From Isurus oxyrinchus (taxonomy: Eukaryota): a stretch of 64,000 nucleotides of DNA. The DNA lies in NCBI GenBank assembly GCA_026770705.1, contig JANJGN010000034.1, positions 4,712,001 to 4,776,000 of the forward strand. Direction: 5' to 3'. The notes under the pieces are model-generated. The model was not told where the DNA came from, ran no database searches, and worked only from the letters and a program-made list of their open reading frames with translations. Shown here piece after piece: positions 27,001 through 41,099 of the stretch. Positions within the stretch are counted from its first letter, which is position 1, and every line of letters starts with the position of its first letter. The position numbers and the translations under genes were made by a program.

Positions 27001-27889
27001 ACGCACCATCCAGCCTTCTCCTGTAGTCATTCATCAATTCATCCATTCATCTATTCACTGTCAATCATCCATTCAGCCATCGAGTAATATTCGAGCTGCA
27101 AATACAAGCTTACCTTACACGGCCAACCAGAGATAAACAAGAGTCCCATCGCAGCTCCCCTCAACCCAATATAATCCTTCACCACCTCCAAGCCATGGCG
27201 GGTGAAGCTCTTAGAGAGATGCTGAGTTGTACTTTTTTTTTTAATTTTATGGGAATGGAAAATCAGGTACAAATGTGGGGCAGCAACGGGCAGGCAAAGT
27301 TAGGATCGAAGTGGCAAGGAATTGACAAACTTCCCCCCGAAATCATTCATTCACATTCTCGTGAATACAGGGGTCTACCGAGGCTGTTTAGACAAATAAT
27401 TTGATTAACCAACGATAGGAGTTCTTGGATATCAGCAGTTATTTTTTTTAAATGGAAACATGAAAGGTTATTTCAATGAAAGTCATGCAATAAGGCACCG
27501 AACATATTAAGGCGAGAGTCGGCAAGTGGAAAGTAACATTTGAGTGACAGAAATTATACACAGGGAACACATCCAGAAAATGAGAATGCACACCTTCGAA
27601 GGCAAAGTTTCCCACTTTATTAAAGTTTTATTCACAGAAGTAACTATTCACATTCTCCGCCACGAGTGTCATATGTATAACATAGAATATGAACTGCGGC
27701 AACTGGTCCACCATCTTTACTTTTCAGCACTGCTGTGTGGCAGGCTTGGGGCCTGAGAATCAGATTTTATGATGTGGGCGATGACAGGTTTCTCTTTGTT
27801 TTTCAGTTTTGTTGCCTTGTATAGGACGATAATGCCTGGGAATTCAGGGTTTGAATGTCATGATTCTTAGGCGATCTTGTAGCCATTTC

Positions 27890-28270
27890 TGGGGAGATGG
27901 TGGTAGAGTAGTAACTTCTCTCGGATCGTGATATACAGAGCCTGACTTATCTTCCGGGGACACAAGTAAATTCTCACCATGACGGAATTACGTTCAAACA
28001 ATTAATCAGGGTCAGGAAAGTAGTGTCAGTAATTGTGAATATGGCAGCTATCATTGGTATTTATATATAATAAAACCATCTCGTTATTAGCATCATTTTG
28101 AAAGGTAAACCTTCCATGGTTATCTGGTGCTTACCTGTCTCCAAGTGGAATGTTATGTGGTTGAATATTAGATGCAATTGCTAACGACCTTATAAGCTGT
28201 TCAGTTCAAGGGAAATGAGGGATGAACAATAAATGTTATCCTTTATCGGATCACCCACAGCACATTAAAC
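27890..28270 (+). mobile_element. tRNA-derived SINE relic sharing the LINE-family 3' tail
   Basis: 5' ggggagatggtggtagagtagtaac (A-box-like); 3' agttcaagggaaatgagggatgaacaataaatg matches the tail at ~37845-37870. Confidence 0.55.
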
Positions 28271-31200
28271 AATATATATTAGAAAGAATGGTTGCAACAT
28301 ATAAACTTAAATTGCATGTTGTCTCCAAGAATGTTGATGGTGTGGGGTTCGAAAGTTATAGTGACGTTAGATTCAAGAGCAGTTATTTAGAATCTCCGTT
28401 TCAGGAGAGCTTCTTTTTCTAGCTTTGTGTTGTTCAAATGCCAATGATCACTTATCTGCCTAGGTGTAAATTTGCTCAAGGTGTTGCTGGATATCTCGTG
28501 TGGACAGGAAGCGAGCAATATTTTGCAGCACATATTTTGCAAACCTCTTACATTTTGAATCAATAATGCTAAATATCCGATGACCAAAACAATGATTTTG
28601 TTTAATTACTGGTGATGTGTCAGAGGTGAATTCCGAATATATCCCAAATACACCAATATATGTGTTTGAATTCAACTTAATTGATGGTGAATGTGCAATA
28701 CTTAAAATGACAGAAATGTCAACTGTTTAGGAAATTATATGCAGTATGATTTTTACATAAAAGGAAAATTACTTATTCATTAAAATATATACGGGTAGCT
28801 AGATGCACAATGTCTGTGTATAAATTCCTCACGCACAGATTTGACAATTTCTTGGTAATATCTCGCGTTTGAAGGGTCACTTGAAAAATATGGTAGTTGG
28901 AAACGTTTGGGCAGGAAAACTACATTTACTTCCAATTTCTCACAATTTCTTTTGAGTCAATGCTCTGTGAGCTGGAAGGGCAGACGACGAACATTCAAGA
29001 AATATTTTGGAATGTGTTTTAGACTTTAAAACGATTGAAGGTCCACTAATCTAGCAGCAGAAAATGCAATACCTCCTTTCAAGTACCAACATAGGTATTA
29101 GGGGTTAATTGTTTGCTTCTCCAATTCAATATTTGATTGCAAGGCAATGTATCTTGGCTTCTGGCTCAACATTGTCACGTTATCTTCGACCATCCGTGAT
29201 CAGCAGCACTGAGATATTCGCCTCCATTAACTGGCCAATTATTTGTTGTTACATCAAACGAGGGGGGAGCGAAATTCAACGGCATCAGTTTTATGCCCGT
29301 GACCAGGCCCGGATTACAGCCTCAATAAAATATGCTATCAAAACACAGATTGAGTAGTCTGTACGTTGTGCCTTCCCCAATTATGAACATCGGATGCATA
29401 TTGGTTACTAAAGCTTTAATATTTCCCATAGCATAACAAAGATTTCTGATGTCACACACCTCGTCTGAAGTTCTGAAGGTGCCAACATGCTTTGACAATA
29501 GAATGGGTTCACTGCTGGACAATATCAGGATGTGCATGCCGCGCAAAGGGGACAAATACATTGGAGGTCTCTCCTAAAATGATAAAGAAAAAAAAACGTT
29601 GAGCTCGGCATTAATGTTTAATGCCAAAGATGAAACCGAAATATGTTTTGCTAGGAAATTGAGTTGACAGTTTAAGAACAAGGAGGGCTAATAAACGTTA
29701 GAGGTTGATGATGTATTATGTAATCCAATGTTCCTTTGTTCAATGATACATTTAGTCCTAAGTTCCCGATTTTTTTTCATTATGCAAGATGAGGTTGTTA
29801 GCAATGCTGACATTCATTTCAAAATGACAGGTGTCACTGAAATTTCATGCTCTAGTGAATGAAACTTCTGGGTAAATCAATGTCCTTGATTCAAGCAAAC
29901 ACAGTGGAGTGGGACAAAGTATCACTGTAGTGTGGACTTCAGACTGAAGATACAACGGGAGTTCTGACGCTTGGATCCATGTGGAAGCTGTCATTTAAAT
30001 TCAACGTCCCGATGCACAATTTCCCCGCATCCCGTGAACTTCCAAAAATGTTTTCATCTCAGAGCTAGACTGGGAAACTTGGGACACATTGGGAATAGTT
30101 ACGTTCTATGCTACCTAATATATGTGTGATAAAGCAAATGGTGTTATAACCTGTTACCTCGAGAATCGGGTCCAAGCAACCTTGGCCAATTGACTATCCC
30201 GCGACCAACCAACTAACCCCAGAAAGACTCTAATCGAAGTCGCCGACTGACCCACATCAAACAACAAATTTTGCAGCGCCTGCGCAACTAACTACCTACA
30301 CACAATCATTCATCGAAAGTCTGGAGCTTCAAATATTAACCAAACTATAGTTGTTTGTGCAATGGAAAAGGAATTTGCCTTCGACCCTGTTTCTTTTCAC
30401 AGCTCTTAACCTGGATTCATGCACTGAGCAATTCCTGCATCAAATCCTAGCTGTTGGACATGTTGAAACATCACTAAATAATTGCAACGTTATGCAATGG
30501 ATCAGCAGTGAGGAAGATGACGTAGACCACGGTAATGCTAATTTAGAATCCCAAAAGCTGCCCTCCCATGCAGGATAAAATGGCTCGAATAAAACCCCAG
30601 CAAGTGAAAAAAGTAATTTACTAGTTCAGTCTTTCATTGCTCAATTCTGCAATTTTACCAAAAAAGCCATAATTGTTCAGTTTTCACCCTTGCACCCACC
30701 CTTAGCTGAATTCATGGAGAAGGCTCCTATCACTGAACATATTGGGATTTACAATGGTAATCCCCTGCTTATTCACTAAATTAACTTCTCAGAACATGGT
30801 GGCTCAATGAACCTACCAAAGCAGCTGTTGCATCCAGTGCACACTACGACCATTCTAACAATGTAAGGACTATCTCATTCTATGGGAGAGGAATTGAGTC
30901 AAGCAAAAATACATAATGCATGCACAAATAAATTAGATGACGAATGAAATGGACAATTCCTATTATAGCACTACAGGTGATCTTAATCCATCCAGAAGAT
31001 TGTATAAGGACATATTGATTTACCAATCAGGGGCTTAATTAGCCCCGCAAAAAAGAGCAAGAGTTGGGCAAACATTAGTCAGGGCTGATGAATTGCAGCT
31101 ACCATTCCGCTCACACAATTTTCTGGCAGTGAGTAACTATGTCAAGGAACAATCTAACCATCTCCAGAAAAAATGCAATATCATATCCTAGGGATTATTA

Positions 31201-32794
31201 TGCAATGAAACGTAATACAAAAATATATTAGCGCAATTCAAAATTCAGGGGTGCGATGTGATGCTCTCAAATTACTGGGTGAATGGCTCTCCAGCAACAT
31301 TCAAGATTCACAACAGCAGCTATGATGAATCAATCTGTTGGGTTTGCATAAATGCATGACATCAATCCTTCATTCTGTCAACTATTCACGCACAATGACT
31401 GCAGTGTGCATCACTTAAGAACAAATAGTGAAACAAACGTTCAAATGTCCTTCAAAAGTGCTTTTCCAGCCGGCGAACTGCACCAACTCAAAGAAGAAGG
31501 GCAGAAAAAAACATTGCAATATCATTACCTGCAACTTCTCCTCCAAGCGGTCCATTCCGCTGACTCGGGACTTTATGACCTTTGTCGCAATGCATCAGGA
31601 TTTAAATCATGGTGCTCCCATACGAGCAACAGTCTGTACATCATGTGCTGCACAGCGGTGCAAAAAGGCAGCCCAGCAGCACAATCTGGAGGGGAGCTTG
31701 GAACTCATTCAAGTGTTCCGTACACACCCTCCCCCCAATGGCGGCTCAATCATTCAACGAAGGAAAAAAATGAGCCAACGTCGGGCAATTCAATGTAATA
31801 ATAATATACTGATCTCTTAACTGAGTTATGACTTCGCAAACTATCCAATGCTCCATTATTCCGTTATCACCCAAAACAGATATCAAACTATGTCGTCAAC
31901 ATAACTGGCAAGAGGGCATGCACGAATTTCGGCCGCAGATAATTCAAGAGAACCAGAATATTCCATGAGGTTATTTCTCCACACATTAGGCCAAATTAAC
32001 GACTACTTCTCCTAAGAATGTAGCCAGTCACTGTGCATTTCTTAGTCTGGGAAATAGCTACTCAGTATTTGCCGCGTCAAAGCAACTACAAATTGTGTAA
32101 ATTTCATTCAGGCCATCTGAATTCCAGGGAATAAATCTCTAGCCTGTTAAATCTCTGCTCCGAAGTATGAATATTTTTTTTAGCATCTTGACAATTGCAT
32201 TCTTCATGATGCGATCTCTAGCCTCGTTGTGTCCTTATCCTTACCCCCTTGATGAAGAGAGAGAAAAAACAAGCGGAGACTGTGAAATTAATGTTACAGC
32301 CAAGTTTGGATTTCATTGGCTTGTTGCTCACTTTCTGGGCAAAAGATTGAAATCCCATGCGCTTTAACTGTATATTTTAAAGATATTTCTCTTGACTACA
32401 GACAATCTCCAAATGAATAATGTACTCCTCCTTAAGTCATTTTACACACCAATTCCAGTTCAATCTAAGAATGTGCGGCTCTAAATTAATTAGGAAACTA
32501 TAGTTGTGCCTACCTCAATTTTATTTGTAGTAATGGGTCGTCCATTTGAATCGCTGGATATCCTTAGTTTTTACCTGCAGACTTCTGCATGTTTGACTTG
32601 TTCGAAGTTAAATTATGCTCTGCAATTTGCGAAGCAACCAGAATATTCAGCAGTTGTTGGCTAAAGACATGGCATTGTCATCTGGATTGAGAGATAAATA
32701 TTGGCCAGGATAACGGGCTAACTCTGCTGCTGTTCTTCAGAATGCAATATAATATTAAGTTACGGGAACAGGGTCTTCATATTTATTGTTACAG

Positions 32795-32830
32795 AAGCAG
32801 AAGCCTTGAAAAATAAACTACAAGAAAAAG
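32795..32830 (+). CDS. Coiled-coil microexon A6 (36 nt): EAEALKNKLQEK
   Basis: tttattgttacag acceptor; AAAG|gtcaga donor; fits the A-type consensus E-x-E-x-L-K-x-x-L-Q. Confidence 0.82.
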
Positions 32831-33049
32831 GTCAGAAAAAAACATAACTTCGACTTAGTAAATTGGACAACGTCACTATTGCAAATAAAAGACATATCCA
32901 TGTTGGGTAAACTATGATAAATGGCATGGACTTGACAGGTTGTTTTCACCCCAAGTTGTAAGTCACCAGAATACAGTGAGACTCATCTCCAGGAGCTGAG
33001 AAATGTAGGAATGAAAATTGTGGAGGTGCAGGACAGAATATTAAACCTT

Positions 33050-34010
33050 TCATAGTTAGAGCGTTGGCATCAGGGTACTGGGATTGTGGAAAATATTAAT
33101 AACATCATAACAGGAAAACAAGGAACTTCAAACTAGTAAACATCTCGTCAAAATCAGGAAGCCATTTGGAAACAATCATGCAGTACAAGGCTAATAGTGA
33201 TGCTAAAACAGCTGGCTATTTGACGAAAGCCTTCACACATTTGTCAAGTAATTAATATTAAATGGACAAGTTGTTTAATAAGGTGTTTCAAGCCGTAAAT
33301 TTGAGAAATTCCGTATGAATTGACATCCAAATAACATTTGAGAAAGTGCCAGCGAGTCACATGATGAATTAAAATCCTTGGATTTAAATAAATGACACTG
33401 TGTGCCACGTTGTTTGTGTAGCCAGAACTTATCATACGGGTGAAATATTGTGCCCAAAACTGGTACTTGTAATCAATATAGCGTGGCTTTCCTCCAAGGT
33501 TGTAACCGTTCCTCTTGATATGTATATTAATGAGATAAACATTAGCGTTCATGGCAAAATTTCAAAAGTTGCAGAAAGCTCAAAATTGGAGTGTTTTGAA
33601 CGTTAAACATAAATGAGTATTAGGAATAGGGATAAGAGTGTGCAAGGCTTTCTTTTCAGATGTGTGTATATGCAAAAACTATTAAACAATACATTCAGAA
33701 AGGAAGGTTATAGTGAGGTAATATATCATAAAGCGTAATTCTGAAGTAGGTGCACCGTTGAATGTGGTATCACATATTGAGGAAGTGCTTAAATGAGGAT
33801 GCGACTATAAGCTTTGTGAATACATGTTTAACAAGCAAAGGAAAATAACTTATGTTGAACATTATTAAAAGACTGCTTATTGATCATTAGAACAGCATGG
33901 TGTCCAATTCAGGCAGCAAATCTCAGGAAGGATTTTACATTGGAAAATGATCAGATTTCTACGAATGGATGCAAGGATCAGTATTTTCAGGAGCATTGAT
34001 ATATTGGAAA
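33050..34010 (+). mobile_element. Degraded CR1 LINE fragment
   Basis: Remnant RT DNA (ttgacatccaaataacatttgagaaagtgcc ~ LDFQKAFDKVP). Confidence 0.5.
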
Positions 34011-35399
34011 TGCTGACTATTCTTTCTCCCGCTGGAGGAAGAATTTTCGACGAGAGATTTTATTGGACCGCCATTCGGCCTCCATCTGGTGCATGTGCAA
34101 ATTTATTTATTTTAGGAAGGAAGTTTTTGGACGTTGCTATGTTGATTATGAAGGAACAACGATAATATTCTAAGTCAGAATTCTATGTGAGTTAGGGGGA
34201 ATATGCTGTTTGCAGTGCCCACATGCAACTGCTGCCTCGTCGTTCTGGAAAGTATATTCCACCTGTTTGGAATGTGGTTTCGTGAGTTTTTGCAGATCCT
34301 GTTGGAAAGATTGTGCGTTGGTGATGAAAAGAGTCAGTGAATTAATTCCTTGAAGGGGGGCCAAGCAGTGACCTGCCATGGTCGGCATGTTCACGTGCTT
34401 CTTGGTTGTTTTGCGATCCAGAATCACCTAAACTTGTGGGGAACATGCATTCACAGTTCGAATTGTGCGTCGTAAAAAACTGACAGGATTTGGAGATTCT
34501 AACAGAGGGTTATTCGCAACAGTATTAAGAGTCTCTGCTCGAATTTATGGCCACAGTTTTCATGTGGCTGCACCAGTTAACTATCTGATTAATAGTAGTC
34601 ACCAGGGTTTGATTATAGAGCCTACATTCAGCACCACTTTGAAGAAAACTGTGGAAGTGCTGACAGGAATTAAGGATTGATTAGCAGCCGGTTATGCTGC
34701 GGTTTGAACGCCTTATACTTGCCCGACACGCCCGGCCGTGTAACGTGAAAACAGAGCTGCTACACGAGCGGCTGATGAGCTGCTAGTGAGCCAGAAGAGA
34801 TCTTCCAAATATTTTTGAATGTGCGGGCTTCAGCAACAGGAATGCTATTTAATGCAAAGGGAAATAATTAGATCTTCTCTTGTTCAAGACAATAATTGCC
34901 TTTCAATTGTATGGTACTATTGACGTTTGCAATTCTGCTGCCCTGATCTGAAATTTGTCCAGGTTTGCAGTTATGTGGAGAGGGTGCTTTAGTATCTGCG
35001 GACTTGGGGACTCTCTTAACATTGAACAATGGCCTGCGAAACCCCTTGAATTTGGACTCATGATAGAAGGATGGTCACTGATCACCAACAGAAGACTTTT
35101 TTTTCCAGATACGAATTTGAAGAAATGAGGAGGCAGTTCATCAGAGAATCAGAGACCGAGACTAGATCTTCAGGGTTCCAGATTCCAATCCCAACACCAT
35201 TGATATATATATATATATAACTAAAAGTCAAATGATGACCGTCATTGTCGACTGTCCTTAAAGAAAAGCACACGATTACCCTTTGAAGAAGGAAATCAGA
35301 TAACATTATCTGACATGAACTACGTGTGGCTCCAGCCCCATAACAATTGGTTGAACGTGTGATGGCCCAGCAAGGCACTAAATCATATCAACGCCATAA

Positions 35400-37920
35400 G
35401 ATACCTGTTTTCATCCTAGGCACCAGGATCGAAAATGGCAAACTGAGCCCTATCGAACCTACAAATTCCTCCTTGCACATCTTGTACCAAAATTGAATGA
35501 ACTTTATCAAAGGCTAAACAAGCAACAACCAGAAATAGTCAGCCACACAGAAGGACGTCTTACATATATTTTCACCAACAGAATGATCACCATTCCTGTC
35601 GTTCCTCAGCACAGGTGGGGAAAATGCAAGTTGAAATTGGAATCCTCAACATCGACTCCGTAAAGAGTGAGGTTTCTCCAGGTCAAACATGAGAGCAATT
35701 TAACCTTCCACTAATTAGCACGTACATTCACGTGTGAGCTGAAGAATCACTTCTCATCCACGTTATATATTGCTTTGAGGAAGCCCCGAGGCACAGAATG
35801 CATTCTAGGTGAGGGACTCCAATATCCATATCCGGAGGTGGCTCGGTAGTAGAATGAAGAAAAAGGCTGCCAGAGTCCAAGAAGAATAGCTGCTAGATAT
35901 TGAGGTAACCAACAAAAGTTAAATCACATCTCCGTTCATCATCACTGATCTGTAACCTCATAGTCTTACGAACCTGCCATTACCACAAAGCCAGAGGAAC
36001 AACCTTTGTTCAATGATCACTGAAGGAGGTTATGCCCTGTGCAGAAACAGACATACATAAAAATGTGATAACAAGTTTACGAATTACAAGACAGAAATAA
36101 TTGCCTGCAAACAATATATGCAGAATATGACGCTCATGGTTAAGTGATTCCACGAACACCGGATCAGATACAAATTTTGTAGATCTGCGAAATCCAGCGG
36201 AGAGTGGGAGGGGTCAGTAGGAGGGTTCACAGATAATCCCATCCGCAATGATCTCCCATCCCAGCACATAATTGCAAATGGGAAGAAATTGCAACAAATT
36301 TCAGTCAGAAGTGCCAGCTAGTTAATCCAACTCGGCCTCATCCGCAGCTTCCCAGGATCACAGATGCCAAATTGCAGCCAATTCGAATCACATCACGTGA
36401 TATAGAGCAACTGTTGAAAACTCAGGATAATGCAACGTTTATGAGCTATGGCAATATTAATGAAATCACACTGAAAAATGCAGCCTCACTAGCCAAGCTC
36501 ATCCAGTATATCTATAATAACGGTAACCAAAAGTAATTGTGGAAAATTGGCCACGTATTTCCAGTTCAGTGAGAGCAGGGCAAATCCCACCCGACCAAAT
36601 TCGGACCCATTAATCTATTCTCAATTATCAGTAATTTGATGAAAATTATAATCTCCAATGCTATCACTGGCACATACATAGCAATAAAATGTCCAATGAG
36701 GCAGAGTTTGGATTCAGCAAGGTCCACCCTGCTCCTGTCCGCTTAGGATCATTGATTCAAACATGGACAAAAGGGCAGAACTCAAGAGCTGAAGTGAGAA
36801 TTATAGCGTTTGACATCCAAGCAGCATTTGACCGACTGTGGCATGAATGTTTCTAACAAAACTGTAATCTTTGAGAATCAGGTGGATACTCTCCGCTGGT
36901 TTAGCCCTAGCACAAATGAAGTTGTGTATGGTCATTAGTGGCGAATCATTTAATTTCCAGGGCATCTTTGCAGAAGTTAGCATTGGTAGTAGCTTCAGTC
37001 TATGTCCTCCATTCCTGTAACAGCGCAGAATTGGGGATGTTCACCAAAGATTGCATAATATTCGGCACGATTTGCCAATCCAAAGGGACTGAATAAGTCC
37101 AAATCGGCACCCAGCAAGACCAAGGCAATATCCAGTTTTTGGCTGTCAAATAGAAAGCAAGATTCGCAACATAAAAATGGCAGGCAATGACGACCTCTAA
37201 GGGGAAAAATTCTAACCAACGCTTCTTGATGACAATAGCAACAATATAGGTAAATTTTCCACTATCACTCCCTGTGGCTTATCATTGACCACTCACTGAA
37301 ATCGACCAGCCACATAAATTATGTGGCTACAAGAGCAGGTTAAACGCTAAAAACACTGCTGTGAAAAACTCAGCAAAGGACTCCCCAACGCATGGCAACC
37401 ATCTATACGACAAAAGTTAGGAGTGTGTTGGAATGTTCTCCACTTTTATTGATTAACCCAGCAACACTCGGGAAACTTGGTACCATCTATAACAAAACAG
37501 TTGTCTTGATTTGAAGCCCCCATGCACAAACACTCACTACCTCCACCAGTGTTTAGCAGTGGCATCATTTCCTGCCCTCTGGTAAGTACTTAAGCCTCTA
37601 TAGACAACACCTTGCAAACGCTGCACCACAGTCATCTAGGAAGATAAGCACAGCAGACAAATGGGAGCACCAGCACCAATCAGACCCCCTCCAATTCATT
37701 TCCCAACCTGAGCTGGAAGCATTCCGCCATCCCTTCCTTGTCAATCGTTCAAAAACTTGGAATGTCTCCCATAACAGCGCTTTGGTTGTTTCTATACCAC
37801 AGGGAACATGACGCTTGAAGAACGCAGCTCACCACCACCTTCTGAAGGGAAATTAGTGATGGTCAATAAAGTCCATACTTGTCAGCGACTCCCGTTTTCC
37901 CCGAGCGAGCATTAAAAGAA
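35400..37920 (+). mobile_element. Longer copy of the CR1-clade LINE family (endonuclease region to 3' tail)
   Basis: ttgacatccaagcagcatttgaccgactgtggcat (DIQAAFDRLWH); 3' tail cagctcaccaccaccttctgaagggaaattagtgatggtcaataaa. Confidence 0.85.
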
Positions 37921-39400
37921 AGACTTTCAAACTAAACTGCTGCAGCAATTTATGGCTCAGAGATTGTTGGCCAGTAACAATAAAAACCATTTTTCGATTG
38001 CCAATGTATGACTTCAAATGGTCCCACTGATTTCCATTGATTTTTTTTTGGCACTCCGTTCAAGAGTTGAGTTGGTACTAGTGGGCGCTGGAGGAATATG
38101 CGATGTCATGTGGCTACATATTCCTGATGAATACAGCTGGTGACTCCACGTGCTTTGTGGCTGAGCAATTTTCAGCTATTTTATTCCCTTCTGAATCTAA
38201 CATATTTAGCAGGGTGATAGGGCACATGACACAATGCGCACTGTGATCATGTGACTTCAATCCAAAACGACAGTGCAATGCACACTGTCCAGGTACATTG
38301 GCGAGGTCATGGATTTTTAAGATCATCGATGTTGTTAGTTACATCAACATTGGCCAGAGGACCTGTCAGGCAGCTACATCCTTCAGGACTTTTCCAATTC
38401 ATTCAGCAGTGGTACCACCGAGACACTCTTTGCGATGGATATTGAAGTTGCCAAACCTGAATAGACCATGTGCTCTTATGTGCAGCGTGTCTCCAAAGAA
38501 TTGCCTTCAAGGGAGGGCGGAAGACAATTTTTAATCATTGGGAACGTATCATACAAAAGTTTGACCTGATGCCATGATATTTCCTTGGAAACATAAGCAA
38601 TGTAGAGAACTCTTATGCCAAGAAAATAACATTTTAACGTCCTTTCATCCATTAGTGATTGTGTATGTGAAATTAAGGATAACTAATAACTCTGGGAGTT
38701 TGCCTGCCTGGGATTATTCCTTGAGGTAGCCCTCCCATTATTGGAACAGGTACCTTGATGAGAGTAAGGAGAACCTTCGAAACTCAGCAATGCTGGTGTG
38801 CATTTTCTTTCTCTGGTGCCCAAGCAAATGTCAAGGTATCTGTGCAGTTTTTATTAATTTTTCCTTCTCTTATGCAGTGGTTTGGTAGAACTGATTTTCT
38901 AAGACATCTCAAAGGACAGTTATCTGTCTTTTCTTTTGCTGCCTACTCTTGCCTAGGCTAGATAAAGAAACAGCGCAGCTCTCCTTCAATAATCGACAGA
39001 ACTTTGTTGCTTTTAAAACATTTTTACTGCTTACTGTTTTTAATTAACGGAGATTAAATGAAATAACTGCAGTGGCTCGTTTTAAAAAGGGATCAAATGG
39101 CGATTAACATTGTCCGTTTAATGACTAAGGCATTAATGCTAGCACTGCTCCACATTCCCTGAAGTCATAGGTAGGGAGCAACATGTGTTCAGTGATGTAA
39201 GGTTCGATAAAGAAGTAACATGTAATGTCCATAGTTTTTCCACAGATCAAAGATATACCCGATACAAACGCAGTTCGTTTAGAAAAATATAAGCAAAAAA
39301 AAAACGCTGAAAAATGATAATGTTACCAGAAAATCTTTCCACCTCCACAATGCAGCCATTTATGTCCCGCCTGTCATCATGTTGTTGTTTTTTCTCACAG

Positions 39401-39427
39401 AGGAAAAACTAAAACTGAAAGAAAACG
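39401..39427 (+). CDS. Coiled-coil microexon B (27 nt): EEKLKLKEN
   Basis: Strong acceptor gtttttctcacag; weaker donor AACG|gtggat; B-type EEKL. Confidence 0.8.
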
Positions 39428-40765
39428 GTGGATTATTCAGAAAATATGCTTCTTCCTCAAATATAACTGCCCTTAGCAGTTAGTTCAAGGAGAGGATATT
39501 ATTTGCTGCATCTTTTACAATCTCGGAACAGTACCAAAGACCACCCTTGTTTTCATAATGTTCTTACTGTTCTCGAATGCAACACATACAGGCCTGCAAT
39601 TTAATCAATGCTCAGGCCAGCCAAATTGCCCACTCCCACGTTTTCATATTATCTCAACCAATTCAATATTTCAGCTACCTCTTCTGTCATTGTTGACTTC
39701 CTTAGTAAATACAAGTGCAGAAAATTCACTTTCTAACTCATCACTACTGTCTGCTTGCCTCTGTGACTTCATATTTTTGTCCCTAATAGACAGTGTGCCC
39801 CCCTTGATGCGCTTTGCTCTATTTTTCCAAATAATTCGCTTGAATCCCCTTCTTAGTTTCGCTGCCTACATTTTCTCATATGGATCCTTTAACATTCTTA
39901 TATCGAATTTGTGCCTGAGCTTTAGTGATTGGTTTTCAGTGGTATTACTGACCTCATATGCACATTTGTTTGTTTGTGCATTTTTTATTGACTGGGTTTA
40001 TGTTTCGGCCTATGTATTAGTATGCCATTGTCCCTCAACGTAATTCTCTCTCTCAGACATTGCTGCATATTGCATTACTGGTAGATTTGCAGGCATTCAT
40101 ATGAATTGTTCAGAAATTCATGTCTTTTATATGCATTTCAACGAACTATGCCTCACAAAGTCACCAGATCAATGAAAACAGGTGATTTTTTGCAGTTGAA
40201 GGCTTTCAGAATTGTTTCATACGTTATTGTTCATGGTTCTTTTTACGCGTCTTCTGCAGTTAGAGGGGCGAGAGTTCCTTTATTTGTTGCAAGCAGCTTT
40301 GGAGACAGCAAAATGCACTTGTGACTGAAAAATAATCGTTGCCTGACACTCGAATTCTGCACAGAATCGCAGCTTTACTACACGACTTGAAATGTTCATG
40401 TGGGGTGGGATGGTTTCCCGACAAAGTTATCTTCTCGGTTGACTGAAGCATCCAATCCTCGCGATTGCACAAAAACTCAGCATGCTCACGGTGTCTTGTG
40501 CAATCTTTACCAAGCAATCCAGAAAAAAAATAATTTTATATCACTGTGCATTTTGCATTTTCATCCTGTCCAAAAATTAACTATTGTATCTCCTATAGTA
40601 TCGCAATGCAATAGCTAAAATATCTATAAATCACCCTCTGTGTGTTTTAATGCATCCTTCGATTTGTAATGCCAATTTGCCCAATTAACTGTCAAAAATA
40701 AAGTAATACAATGACTGAATCTAAACCAATTGAAATTAGCGAGAAAGTAATGTAATTTCTTTCAG

Positions 40766-40810
40766 CGGCAGAGATGCAGTTGGAAATGTTCAAAGTTTTG
40801 GGAGAGTTAG
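40766..40810 (+). CDS. Candidate 45-nt phase 1-1 exon: AAEMQLEMFKVLGEL
   Basis: atttctttcag acceptor; TTAG|gtcagt donor; open and frame-preserving, but diverges from the A/B consensus. Confidence 0.5.
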   Translation, partial: RQRCSWKCSKFWES

Positions 40811-41099
40811 GTCAGTAGCTTCATTTTTGAATGGCAATTGCCCGTTAAAAAATAAATCTGTTCCCCCAAATTTCGTAGTGCCACTGTGGAATTGTAAATT
40901 TTGCATTTGTAGAAGTTTCTCACTGCATCCATAAAAAGCTAAGATTAAATGAAACTATATGGTATAATGTTAAGAAAATCAGGATGCAAAGCAGTACAGA
41001 CGATATTCCCCAGAGGCTACCTCAATTGAGAAAGAGTGCATGAGTTCCTGTAACAGCAAACAACGAGAAAGTGAGTGATTTTTCATCATATCCTTGTTT

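Noticed and set aside
39558-40043. Hydrophobic 161-aa ORF as a possible TM exon
   Set aside because: Pyrimidine-rich intronic sequence, probably antisense LINE remnant; lies mid-coil and lacks convincing splice boundaries
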